Assembly (NCBI GenBank): GCA_041667185.1
Contig: JBAYFM010000003.1
Span: 16,962 to 80,961, forward strand
Reading direction: 5' to 3'
From: Patescibacteria group bacterium
GTDB lineage: Bacteria > Patescibacteriota > Patescibacteriia > SG8-24
DNA: 64,000 nt
Part shown: positions 8,668 to 17,884 of the stretch, one piece after another
Numbering within the stretch: position 1 is the first letter of the stretch
Layout: every line of letters begins with the position of its first letter
The notes under the pieces: model-generated
Database searches by the model: none
The model's input: the letters and a program-made list of their open reading frames with translations, nothing else
What the model was told of the DNA's origin: nothing
Position numbers and translations under genes: made by a program

Positions 8668-10086
8668 ATGCCCACGATAACCATTAATTTCGATTATTTC
8701 CTTCAGCTGGGAAGCCTGCCTTTGCCGCTCATGTTAGCGCGTCTTTTTTTGGACGGCGGCTGGATCTTCATTCTCGTCATTTTCGTCCAGTTCGGCTGGA
8801 TCATGTGGGTGCAGTCGCGTCAGGTCAAGTTCAACAAAGGCGTCAGATACATCCTGCTCGCGATCGACGTGCCGAAAGAGAACGAGCAGACGCCGAAGGC
8901 CGTCGAACAGATCTTCAGCCAGCTCGCCGGCGCCTATTCCGGAGCGGACAATTATGAGAAGTACTGGATCGGCAAGACCCAGTCCGTCTTCAGTTTCGAG
9001 CTGGTGTCGGTCGATGGTTACGTCCAATTCCTCGTGCATACTCCGGCCAAGTTCCGCGACCTGATCGAAGCGGCCGTCTACGCGCAGTATCCTGACGCCG
9101 AGATCATCGAGGTCGAGGATTACGCTGATAAAGTGCCGCTCAAATATCCGGATGACGAATGGGATTGTTGGGGCACGGAGTTCGCCCTGAAGAAGCCGGC
9201 GGCTTTTCCGATCCGGACGCACCTGCAGTTCGAGCACAATCTTTCGGAAGAATATTTCAAGGATCCGCTCGGTCCGATGCTTGAGATCTTCAGCTCGATG
9301 AAAAAAGGCGAGCAGTTGTGGCTGCAGTACATCATCATGCCCTGCGATGATTCCTGGAAGGATGCGAGCGCGGCCATCGCCGATAAGATCCTTGGCCGGA
9401 AAAAACCGGCGCCGAAGACGCTCGCCGATGATCTGGTCGCCTGGCCGCTCGCGGTCGTGAACGAGGTTGCTGGTTTGGGCGGTTCAGCGCCGTCGGAAAA
9501 GAAGGACGCTACGCCGAAGATGCTGCAGCTTTCGCCCGGCGAAAGGAACGTTCTCGAGACCATCCAGCTCAAAGCGGCGAAACATGGTTTTCTGACCAAG
9601 ATCCGCATGGTTTATGTGGCCAAGAAAACGATCGCCAACCGCGGCAAGGTCGTCTCGCCCATGAAAGGCGCTTTCGGCCAATTCGCGGCGCTGGATTCTA
9701 ATGCCATCAAGGTCTACGGCAAGGTCGCGCCGAAAGGGGATTACTTCTGGGAGAAATGGAGCGTGCCAGAGAAGACCAACAACATCATCCGCAACTACAA
9801 GAATCGCAGCGGTCGCGGCGGCAATTTCTTCGTGCTGAACGTCGAGGAGCTGGCGACTCTTTATCATTTCCCGTACAAGACCGTGAAGGCGCCGCTCATC
9901 AAGCGCACTGAGGCGAAGCGCGCCGAGCCGCCGTCGCATCTGCCGACGGCCGACATCGATGCAATCAGGCCTTTCAAGCGCAAGAAAGCGGCTCCGCCGC
10001 CGTCGCATTTGCCGGCCCCGCCGCCGGAACCTGAGGACGCCGAGGGCGACGCCGGCGACGACGGCGATGACTTGCTCAAGATCTGA
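8668..10086 (+). CDS. Membrane-anchored hypothetical protein (2 N-terminal TM helices plus ~400-aa soluble domain and a Pro-rich C-terminus), first gene of a 5-gene operon
   Basis: N-terminus LPLPLMLARLFLDGGWIFILVIFVQFGWIMWV is hydrophobic. The remainder is soluble with a PPSHLP x2 Pro-rich end. A 5-nt gap separates it from the next gene. Confidence 0.6.
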   Translation: MPTITINFDYFLQLGSLPLPLMLARLFLDGGWIFILVIFVQFGWIMWVQSRQVKFNKGVRYILLAIDVPKENEQTPKAVEQIFSQLAGAYSGADNYEKYWIGKTQSVFSFELVSVDGYVQFLVHTPAKFRDLIEAAVYAQYPDAEIIEVEDYADKVPLKYPDDEWDCWGTEFALKKPAAFPIRTHLQFEHNLSEEYFKDPLGPMLEIFSSMKKGEQLWLQYIIMPCDDSWKDASAAIADKILGRKKPAPKTLADDLVAWPLAVVNEVAGLGGSAPSEKKDATPKMLQLSPGERNVLETIQLKAAKHGFLTKIRMVYVAKKTIANRGKVVSPMKGAFGQFAALDSNAIKVYGKVAPKGDYFWEKWSVPEKTNNIIRNYKNRSGRGGNFFVLNVEELATLYHFPYKTVKAPLIKRTEAKRAEPPSHLPTADIDAIRPFKRKKAAPPPSHLPAPPPEPEDAEGDAGDDGDDLLKI

Positions 10087-10091
10087 CGCCT

Positions 10092-12503
10092 ATGCCGGAA
10101 CTCACGCCCTACGATCACGATCATGAGAACGAAGTCTCGCTTTTCGCGGAGACCAACTATCGGAATAACCGGACCAAGTTCGGCATCAAGACCGATGACC
10201 GCCGCCGGCATGTTTACGTCATCGGTAAGACCGGCATGGGCAAGACCACGCTGCTCGAGAATTTCGTCCTGAACGACATCTACGCCGGGCATGGTCTCGC
10301 TTACGTCGATCCGCACGGCGACACCGCCCAGAAACTGCTGGACTACATTCCCTCGAACCGCATCAACGACGTGGTGTATTTCAATCCGGGGGATATGGAT
10401 TTTCCCATCGGGTTCAACATTCTCGAGACCGTCGACCCGAGCAAGAAACACCTGGTCGCCGCCGGGCTCATGGGTGTCTTCAAGAAGATCTGGCCCGACG
10501 TCTGGTCGGCCCGTATGGAGTACATCCTGCTCAACACCATCCTCGCGCTTCTCGACGCGCCGGGTTCGACATTGCTCGGCATCAACCGCCTGCTCGTGGA
10601 CGAGGATTATCGCAAGCGCGTCGTCTCGCTCTGTCAGGACCCGGTCGTGAAGACTTTCTGGGTCAAGGAGTTCGCCGCTTTTTCGGAGAAGTACCGCACC
10701 GAGGCTATCGCGCCGGTCCAGAACAAGGTCGGCCAGTTCCTGTCCGCGTCCATCATCCGCAATATCGTCGCTCAGGTGAAATCGACCATCGATGTCCGCG
10801 AGATCATGGACAAGCGTAAGATCTTCATCCTGAATCTGGCCAAGGGCCTCATCGGCGAGGAAAACTCGCGGCTCTTGGGCGGTATGATCGTGACGCGGTT
10901 GCAGCTCGCGGCCATGGAGCGCGTGGATATGCCGGAGAAAGAGCGGCAGGATTTCTACCTCTACGTCGACGAGTTCCAGAATTTCGCCACGACTTCGTTC
11001 GCGAACATTTTGTCCGAGGCGCGCAAGTACCGCCTGAACCTGATCGTCGCCCACCAGTACATCGAACAGCTCGAGGAGGAGGTCCGTGACGCCATCTTCG
11101 GCAACGTCGGCACCATCATCAGTTTCCGGGTCGGCGCCGCCGACGCCCAGTTCATGGAGACCGAGTTCACGCCGCGATTCACACCGGAGGACCTGGTCAA
11201 TCTCGGCAAGTACGATACGTATCTGAAGCTCATGATCGACGGCGCATCCTCCGAGCCTTTCTCGGCGACGACCTTGCCGCCGATCGCTCAACGGACTGGT
11301 TCGGCGGAAAAAGTGATCAAGGTCTCGCGTGAACGGAACGCGCGTCCGCGAGCCGATATCGAGAGCAAGGTTTTGCGCTGGAGCGGTATGGGGACGTCCG
11401 ACGAGGGTGCCGTGATCGATGTTGAGGATGATGATGAGGCTTTGGCTTCCGAAGAAAAGCTCAAGGAATTACAGGCCACGTCGCCCAAGATCGCGGGATT
11501 GGTCGTGCCGGACAAGAAACCGAAGAAGATGTTCGAGATCGCGTGCTCAGTCTGCGGCAAGATCCAGCAATTATCGTTCGAACCCGACTGGTCGCGGCCG
11601 TGGTTTTGCAAGGAAGATCTGGAGAAGCGGAAATTGTCCGGTGAAGGCGATCGTCCAGCCGCATCCGCAACTCCCGTTGCTGTTGCAGCTCCACGACCGC
11701 CAGCCGTCCAACCGCCGAAGATAATCGTGGTTCCGCCGCGCCCGCCGGTTGCCGCCAAACCATTGCAAGCGGCTCCACCGCCCAAGAAGATCGAGCCGCA
11801 GGCTGCCGCCCCAGCCGCTCCGAGCGTTTCGTTAGCGGCATTGCTGGGCAAAGATTTGACGGCTAAAGAAGAAATGGAGGTCATTGAAGAAGTTGATGAT
11901 GAGGACGCCGGCGACGGAACCGGATCGCCGAAGATCGTCGAAAAGATCGTCGAGACGCCGCTCGCCTCCGCGACTCCGGGAGGCGTCGGTCTGGTGAGCG
12001 TCAGCGCCAAATCGGTCGATCGTCCGAAACCGCGCGCCGTCGCCACGCCAGTTGCGCCCAGACCGGCAGCGAAGCCGGCTCCGATCGCCCCCAATTCTAC
12101 CCGCTCGGCTGCGCCCAGACCGGCCGCTCCGAATCGCGAGAAGAATAAACCGAATCGTCCGCGCATCGTCATGTCTGATCCGAAGCGCCAGTTCGCGGCT
12201 CCGAAAGCGAATATTCAGGTCAATCCGCGCGAGCCTGAACGCCATTCGGATAAGTCGGCGGCTGATGTCGTCAAGCCATCTGTTTCGGTTCAGCCAGTCG
12301 TCGAACAGAAGAAACCCCAATCGATTATCCGACCGCCGGCCGCGGCGAGCAGCGAATCGAAGATCGGTGCCGCGCCGCAAGCACCGGCTCCGATCCAGCC
12401 AGCCGCGCCGACAACTCCTAAACCGGCTGTGCCGCCGCCGGCCGTGAAATCCGATTCCGACGGCCAGCCGATGCGTCCTGGGGAAGTAATTAAATTTTCA
12501 TGA
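10092..12503 (+). CDS. VirD4/TraG/TraD-like (type IV coupling protein family, AAA_10-like) P-loop ATPase with a long disordered Pro/Ala-rich C-terminal tail
   Basis: Walker A VIGKTGMGKTT. Walker B-like FYLYVDEFQNF (the D-E-F is typical of the TraG/VirD4 family). No TM helix of its own. Residues ~420-803 are low-complexity (PAAS/PKKIEPQAAAPAAP...), with a CSVCGK...WFC Cys cluster embedded in them. Confidence 0.7.
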   Translation: MPELTPYDHDHENEVSLFAETNYRNNRTKFGIKTDDRRRHVYVIGKTGMGKTTLLENFVLNDIYAGHGLAYVDPHGDTAQKLLDYIPSNRINDVVYFNPGDMDFPIGFNILETVDPSKKHLVAAGLMGVFKKIWPDVWSARMEYILLNTILALLDAPGSTLLGINRLLVDEDYRKRVVSLCQDPVVKTFWVKEFAAFSEKYRTEAIAPVQNKVGQFLSASIIRNIVAQVKSTIDVREIMDKRKIFILNLAKGLIGEENSRLLGGMIVTRLQLAAMERVDMPEKERQDFYLYVDEFQNFATTSFANILSEARKYRLNLIVAHQYIEQLEEEVRDAIFGNVGTIISFRVGAADAQFMETEFTPRFTPEDLVNLGKYDTYLKLMIDGASSEPFSATTLPPIAQRTGSAEKVIKVSRERNARPRADIESKVLRWSGMGTSDEGAVIDVEDDDEALASEEKLKELQATSPKIAGLVVPDKKPKKMFEIACSVCGKIQQLSFEPDWSRPWFCKEDLEKRKLSGEGDRPAASATPVAVAAPRPPAVQPPKIIVVPPRPPVAAKPLQAAPPPKKIEPQAAAPAAPSVSLAALLGKDLTAKEEMEVIEEVDDEDAGDGTGSPKIVEKIVETPLASATPGGVGLVSVSAKSVDRPKPRAVATPVAPRPAAKPAPIAPNSTRSAAPRPAAPNREKNKPNRPRIVMSDPKRQFAAPKANIQVNPREPERHSDKSAADVVKPSVSVQPVVEQKKPQSIIRPPAAASSESKIGAAPQAPAPIQPAAPTTPKPAVPPPAVKSDSDGQPMRPGEVIKFS

Positions 12504-13486
12504 GCCAGTCCTGTCCTCCTTGTGTTCCGCCGGTAAAATACGAACGGCGTCGTTTGTTGATTTTCATGTTGGGCGTAAGTTGCGCCATCTTCAGTGGTAT
12601 TTTGCTTTGGCGCGGGGAAATTGACCGGCAGTACACTATTGATCGCCAGCAAGCTGAACAATATCTCACTGACCGCCAGACCTTGTTGGAGAAGCGGATC
12701 CGGAAAGTCGAATCGCGGAATGCTGACAATATTTTTTCCCTGGAGGAACAGATCAAGCGTCTGGCTGAAAAGCAGAAAACCACAGCTCCCGTTGCCAGCG
12801 TTTCGGATACCGCGGGCCTTAATTTTTCCATGGAGGATGCCATAGCCTCGATCGTCGAACTGGTCTGCATCGACAATGTTGACCGAGAGGTCTACTACAC
12901 CGGTTCTGGCACAGTAGTCGATCGCAGCGGACTAATTGTCACTAATGAACATATCCTCAAGAGCGGCGACGGATCGTTGATCGGTTTTTGCGGCGTCGGT
13001 TTTACGCGCGATTTGCATAAGCCTCCGCAGATTGAATTTGTGGCCACGACCGCAGCGATCCATAAATCGGCCGACCTCGCCATTATGCGCATCAGCGAAC
13101 GTCTCGATGGTCAGGATTTGCCGGCTAGATTTCAGGCTGTTTCGTTGGCTGATTCCGCCGCCACCTCGCTTGATCTCGCTCTTGGCGACGCCATCTTCAT
13201 CGGCGGTTATCCCGGGGTCGGCGCGGATACTTTTACTTTCACCCAAGGGGTCGTGAGCGGCCGGGTTGGAGAAGATCTCATCAAAACCTCGGCTTTCATC
13301 GATACGGGCACGTCGGGCGGCGCGGCTTTCGACTCGAAGGGTTTATATGTCGGCATGCCGATGGCTGCGGCCAGGGGCGATATCGGCGGCAGCTTGGGTT
13401 ATCTCATCGGAGCTGACATCATCGATGATTTCATGAAAGATTATTATTCCGGTTTGAACCATCTGCCGGAAACGCTTCCAGAATGA
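12500..13486 (+). CDS. Membrane-anchored trypsin-like (S1/DegP-type) serine protease
   Basis: ATGA overlap with the upstream ATPase. N-terminal TM (LLIFMLGVSCAIFSGILLW) plus a coiled-coil. Catalytic triad context TNEHIL (His), DLAIMRI (Asp), GTSGGA (Ser). Confidence 0.65.
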   Translation: MSQSCPPCVPPVKYERRRLLIFMLGVSCAIFSGILLWRGEIDRQYTIDRQQAEQYLTDRQTLLEKRIRKVESRNADNIFSLEEQIKRLAEKQKTTAPVASVSDTAGLNFSMEDAIASIVELVCIDNVDREVYYTGSGTVVDRSGLIVTNEHILKSGDGSLIGFCGVGFTRDLHKPPQIEFVATTAAIHKSADLAIMRISERLDGQDLPARFQAVSLADSAATSLDLALGDAIFIGGYPGVGADTFTFTQGVVSGRVGEDLIKTSAFIDTGTSGGAAFDSKGLYVGMPMAAARGDIGGSLGYLIGADIIDDFMKDYYSGLNHLPETLPE

Positions 13487-14169
13487 GGTCTGTCAGCCAA
13501 GAGATCGTGATCGAGACATCCGACGGTATCTTGCTTTCGGGTTCATATTCAGCCGGTCCGCTCGGAGGTCCGGCGGCGCTTTTGCTGCATATGATGCCGG
13601 CGACCAAGGAAAGCTGGGCGGAGTTCGCCGCTGTCCTGGCGGCGCGCGGATTTTCGACGCTCGCGATCGATCTGCGCGGCCATGGCCGCAGCACGCGCGG
13701 CGCGGACGGACGAAAGCTAGATTATAAATTATTCGAGGATACCGATCACCAGGCCAAGATCATCGACGTCGAAGCTGCGGCGGCCTGGCTCGAGCGCGAG
13801 CGGGGGATCGGGAAAAGCCGGCTTGTGGTTGTCGGCGCTTCGATCGGGGCGAACCTGGCCATCGCTTTCGCTGCCGCTCATCCGGAGATCCCGGCCGCAG
13901 CGGCGTTGTCGCCCGGACTTGATTACCGCGGTGTCACGACCCCGGACCAGGTCCGCAGATTCGGCCTGGCGCAGGGCTTGTTCCTGGCGGCGAGCGTGGA
14001 GGATGAACTGTCTTTCAAGACCGACTGCGAACTCGCGCGGCTCAAACCCGACGCGGTCATCAGGGAATATCAGGGAGCCGGCCACGGTACGGCGATGTTC
14101 TCGTCCCGGCCGGAGCTGGCCGGCGAACTCGCGGCTTGGCTGGCAAACCGCGCCGCTCCGAAGCCGTGA
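13483..14169 (+). CDS. Alpha/beta-fold hydrolase (dienelactone hydrolase/esterase-like)
   Basis: ATGA overlap with the protease. Nucleophile elbow VVGASIGAN (GxSxG). Confidence 0.6.
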   Translation: MRSVSQEIVIETSDGILLSGSYSAGPLGGPAALLLHMMPATKESWAEFAAVLAARGFSTLAIDLRGHGRSTRGADGRKLDYKLFEDTDHQAKIIDVEAAAAWLERERGIGKSRLVVVGASIGANLAIAFAAAHPEIPAAAALSPGLDYRGVTTPDQVRRFGLAQGLFLAASVEDELSFKTDCELARLKPDAVIREYQGAGHGTAMFSSRPELAGELAAWLANRAAPKP

Positions 14170-14171
14170 TG

Positions 14172-15224
14172 ATTATGGAAGGTTTTTTGAGGGTGCAGAC
14201 GGGCGGGTCACCGCGGGATATGGGTCATGACATCGGCGCCGCCTCGCGCGACATCATCCGCGAATTGGTCGCCACGGACCGCGCTTTTTATCGCCGCCTG
14301 ACCGGCCGTTCTCTTGAGGCCCTGCGGCGCATTTTTTTCCGGGACCAGCTGCCGCTCATCGCGCGTCGCTATCCGGACTACGCGGCTGAACTCGCGGGGA
14401 TCGCCGAGGGCGCGCGTCTGCCTTTCGAGAAGATCGCGCTTTTTTCCGCCGAGGAAGACCTGATTGACGCGTGCGGCGGCTGGGAAAAATGCACCAGCGC
14501 CGCCGTGCGGACTCCGACCGGCGTCTATCTTTTGCATAACGAAGATTACATCGGCCGCTATCACGGTCGGTTGATCGTGATCGAGGCCGAACCCGAACGT
14601 CAGCCGGCTTTCGTCAGTTTGGCCTATCCGGGAACGCTGGCCGGCTCAGCCTGCGGACTCAACTCCCGGCAGATCGCTTTCGAGGGCAATTCTTTGCGTT
14701 TTCCGGTGCGCCGTTGCGGCTTGCCGAAGAATTTTCTCCTGCGCGATCTGCTGGCGGCCCGCAGCCTCGCGGATGCCGTCGCGAAGTTCTCGGTTGGCCC
14801 GCGCATCCTCGCGAGCAGCGCGACGCTGGTCGCCGGGCGCAGCCGGCGGATCGTCTGCGTGGAAGCGGTGCCAGACCGCGTGGCCGTCATCCGGCCGGAC
14901 CGCCGTGACGTCTGGGCGCACACCAATCACGTGCGTTCCCTGGAGATCGATACCCGCGACGAACGAGCGACCCTGAGTTCGCGATTGCGCCTGGCGGAGA
15001 TCGAAGCCGCTCTGTCCGACCGGGCCAGCCGTGGTCTCAGCGGTTTCCGCGAAGTGCTGTCGGCTCCGGACCGGCGCTACCTTTATTTCGGCCGATCCGC
15101 GGCTGAACCGACGACTCTGGCTTCGGTAATCATGGATCCGGCGCGGCTGGAAATGCAGATCGCTAAACGCGACGGGAAAAGGCGGAAATTCATCAGCTAT
15201 TCAGTCCCGCGGGCGCATTCCTAG
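14172..15224 (+). CDS. C45-family Ntn hydrolase (acyl-CoA:6-APA acyltransferase-like / peptidase C45)
   Basis: GGWEKCTSAAV (Gly-Cys autoprocessing/nucleophile site), ...YLLHNEDY..., ...HTNH.... ORF opens at 14136 overlapping the upstream gene, and the start could be 14136/14166/14172. Confidence 0.5.
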   Translation: MMEGFLRVQTGGSPRDMGHDIGAASRDIIRELVATDRAFYRRLTGRSLEALRRIFFRDQLPLIARRYPDYAAELAGIAEGARLPFEKIALFSAEEDLIDACGGWEKCTSAAVRTPTGVYLLHNEDYIGRYHGRLIVIEAEPERQPAFVSLAYPGTLAGSACGLNSRQIAFEGNSLRFPVRRCGLPKNFLLRDLLAARSLADAVAKFSVGPRILASSATLVAGRSRRIVCVEAVPDRVAVIRPDRRDVWAHTNHVRSLEIDTRDERATLSSRLRLAEIEAALSDRASRGLSGFREVLSAPDRRYLYFGRSAAEPTTLASVIMDPARLEMQIAKRDGKRRKFISYSVPRAHS

Positions 15225-15313
15225 ATTAGCCAGCTTCCGGTCGGGACGCATTGGACAATTCTCGGCCAGAGCGCTAATCTTTTTTTGGTTCTTTCCAAAT
15301 CCGGAGGTGAAAA

Positions 15314-16030
15314 ATGAGCCGCACCCAGACATTTGAGCGCCAGGCGCAGGAGCTGCTCCGGCGTTTCGACCCCGCGTCCGAACGCAAGCGGCTGCTCGAT
15401 CGCCCGTTCATGTTGGAGCTCTTCGGAACCCCCAAGTCCGGCAAGAGCACGATGAGGGAGATGATCAAGCATTTCTTCAAACGCAACGGTTGGTCGGTAT
15501 CGTCGCCGCTCGAAGGCGCCGAGGCCGTCGAACTGCCGCGCGCCGAGCCGCAGTACAACTTTCAGACCGCGGAGTATGCGCTGTCGAACGCCCGAGAACG
15601 CTTCTACAACAAGCGGTTCCATCTGGTCATCTTCGACCGGGCCATCTATGACGGCGTGACCCGTATGGAGCTGTACCGCCGCAAGGGTATCATCACCGCG
15701 GAGCAGCAGGCCCTGATCGAGGGCTACTACCTGTTGCCCTGGAACGCCGGGATGTTCGATATGCACATCTGTCTCGTCGCCGACGTGGAGACCGCCATCA
15801 AGCGCGAGCTGGCCCGGGCGCTCACCAAGAAACACGGCGAGACGATGAATCCGCAGACGCTCAGCGATCTTCTGGCCGCCCACCAGTCCATGTGGGACCG
15901 TCTCGGCTGCGCCGCAAACCCGGCCATGTGCTGGCATGATTCCTCCAAGGAGCGCGAAGCGGAGACCGCCAAAGCGATCCTGGAAAACCTGTTCGCGGCG
16001 TTCGAACGCCGCCTGCAGCAGTCCCGCTGA
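15314..16030 (+). CDS. P-loop kinase, deoxynucleoside-kinase-like
   Basis: SD ggaggtgaaaaATG. Walker A GTPKSGKST. The FDRAIYDG segment resembles the dNK ERS(V/I)YSD motif. Confidence 0.55.
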   Translation: MSRTQTFERQAQELLRRFDPASERKRLLDRPFMLELFGTPKSGKSTMREMIKHFFKRNGWSVSSPLEGAEAVELPRAEPQYNFQTAEYALSNARERFYNKRFHLVIFDRAIYDGVTRMELYRRKGIITAEQQALIEGYYLLPWNAGMFDMHICLVADVETAIKRELARALTKKHGETMNPQTLSDLLAAHQSMWDRLGCAANPAMCWHDSSKEREAETAKAILENLFAAFERRLQQSR

Positions 16031-16042
16031 TCCGTCTTTTAG

Positions 16043-16070
16043 CCGTCGAGCTGAGCTCGACGGTTTTTCT
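16043..16070 (+). terminator. Rho-independent terminator
   Basis: CCGTCGAGC-tga-GCTCGACGG followed by TTTTTCTT. Confidence 0.65.
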
Positions 16071-16140
16071 TATCTGCCGATCGCCCGGACAGCGGCGCTC
16101 TTGGCTAACGGCTGACGGCTAGCTATGATGTTTCCTGACT

Positions 16141-16701
16141 ATGGAATTGCCCATCGGCATCGATCTCGACGGCACCATCATCGACCATACCGCCAACAAA
16201 CAGCGGCTGGCCGCGGACTTGGGTTATCGGTTGACGTCCTGCGAGACGAATTCCAATATCATGAGCCGGTTCATGTCGGAGCGGCATTACGAGGAGCTGC
16301 AAGAGCGTCTATATAAGGAAATGACGCTTGAGGCTCCGCCGGTCCGGGGCGCGCTCGAGGTCTTGAGCCGACTCGGCCGCCCATTCTTCCTGATCTCGGC
16401 GCGGCGGCCGGAAACTATCCCGTTCGCCCAGGCTTGGATCGACAAGTGGTTGGTCCGCGACATCCTGCCGCCGGAGCGGACGATCTTCTGCGGCAGCGGC
16501 GCCGAGAAGCGGGGACACTGCGATCGTCTCGGCGTCGGCCTGTATCTGGACGACAAGGTCGGCGTGCTGCAGAAATTGTCGTCCGGCGTGGCCAAGGTCT
16601 GGTTCGACGAACACGGTCTGGCCGATGCTTTGTCGCCGACGGCGGATATCAAGATCGTCCGCACGTGGGTGGAATTCGGCGAGCTGCTGCGGCGCGGTTG
16701 A
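16141..16701 (+). CDS. HAD-superfamily phosphatase (5'-nucleotidase-like)
   Basis: N-terminal HAD motif I IGIDLDGTI (DxDGT). Size ~186 aa, consistent with the NT5C-type nucleotidase fold. Confidence 0.55.
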   Translation: MELPIGIDLDGTIIDHTANKQRLAADLGYRLTSCETNSNIMSRFMSERHYEELQERLYKEMTLEAPPVRGALEVLSRLGRPFFLISARRPETIPFAQAWIDKWLVRDILPPERTIFCGSGAEKRGHCDRLGVGLYLDDKVGVLQKLSSGVAKVWFDEHGLADALSPTADIKIVRTWVEFGELLRRG

Positions 16702-16731
16702 TCTGAAAACAGCGCTTCCAATCCTGATCGC

Positions 16732-17832
16732 ATGAACAAGAAACAGCGCAAAACCATAGTGGTCGGTATGTCCGGCGGCGTTGATTCCAGCGTCGCCGCC
16801 GCTTTGCTCGTGGCCGCGGGTCATAATGTCATCGGCGCGTTCATGAAGAATTGGTCCGACACCAAGGATCCGCTGACCGGCGCTTGCGCCTGGCGGACCG
16901 AACGCCGCGACGCCGAAGCCGTGGCCGCGCATCTCGGCATCCCGTTCCACACTTTTGATTTCGAGCGCGAATATCGCGAGGCCGTGGTCGAATATCTGTT
17001 CCGCGAATACGCCGCCGGCCGCACGCCGAATCCCGACGTCCTCTGTAACAAGTACGTCAAGTTCAATTTTTTCCTGAAGGAAGCGCTGAAGCTCGGCGCG
17101 GATCTCATCGCTACCGGTCATTACGCCCGCGTGCGGCAGCGTGCCGGCCGGGTCGAACTCCTGGCCGGATCGGATCCCAATAAAGATCAATCATATTTTT
17201 TGCATCAGCTGAGCCAGGAGCAATTGGAGCGCGTCGTCTTTCCGGTCGGCGGCATCCTGAAACCGGAAGTGCGCCGCTTGGCGCGCGAGTTCGGTCTGCC
17301 CACGGCTGACAAAAAAGACAGCCAGGGCATCTGTTTCGTCGGCAAGGTCGATCTCAAGACCTTTCTTGGCCGCCGGTTGCCGGAACGCCCGGGTGTCATC
17401 ATCACCATGGAGGGCGAGGTCGTCGGGCGGCATAAAGGCATGGCGCCTTTCACCATCGGCCAGCGCCACGGGCTGGATCTCGGTGGCGGCGATCCATATT
17501 TCGTCGTCGAGAAGGATCCGCTCCGCAACACCGTCGTCGTCGCCCGCGGCGCGGCACATCCGGCGCTGTTCGCCAAGCTGCTCTTGGCCGGCGACGAACA
17601 TTGGATCTCTGGCCGCGCGCCGCGTCTGCCTTTGCGCTGCGAAGCCCGCATCCGTTACCGCCAGCCGCTGCAGCGGGCCGAAGTCCGGCGCGTCGAATCC
17701 GGCGGCTTGCTCGTCAGATTCGCGGCCCCGCAGCGCGCGGTCACGCCCGGCCAGTTCGTCGCATTCTATCGCGGCGAGATCTGTCTCGGCGGCGCCGTCA
17801 TCAATTCATCATTGACCGCGCCCGCGCGATGA
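16732..17832 (+). CDS. mnmA: tRNA-specific 2-thiouridylase MnmA
   Basis: PP-loop IVVGMSGGVDSSVAA, CNKYVKF, and the conserved C-terminal region. Confidence 0.9.
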   Translation: MNKKQRKTIVVGMSGGVDSSVAAALLVAAGHNVIGAFMKNWSDTKDPLTGACAWRTERRDAEAVAAHLGIPFHTFDFEREYREAVVEYLFREYAAGRTPNPDVLCNKYVKFNFFLKEALKLGADLIATGHYARVRQRAGRVELLAGSDPNKDQSYFLHQLSQEQLERVVFPVGGILKPEVRRLAREFGLPTADKKDSQGICFVGKVDLKTFLGRRLPERPGVIITMEGEVVGRHKGMAPFTIGQRHGLDLGGGDPYFVVEKDPLRNTVVVARGAAHPALFAKLLLAGDEHWISGRAPRLPLRCEARIRYRQPLQRAEVRRVESGGLLVRFAAPQRAVTPGQFVAFYRGEICLGGAVINSSLTAPAR

Positions 17833-17884
17833 GTTAAATTGCGTTCGGTCTGCAGCTGCCTTTTTATCAACTCGCACAGGAGGT

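Noticed and set aside
15221-15937. 238-aa minus-strand ORF
   Set aside because: Exactly antisense to the P-loop kinase gene, which has a strong SD and Walker A. The antisense product is low-complexity.
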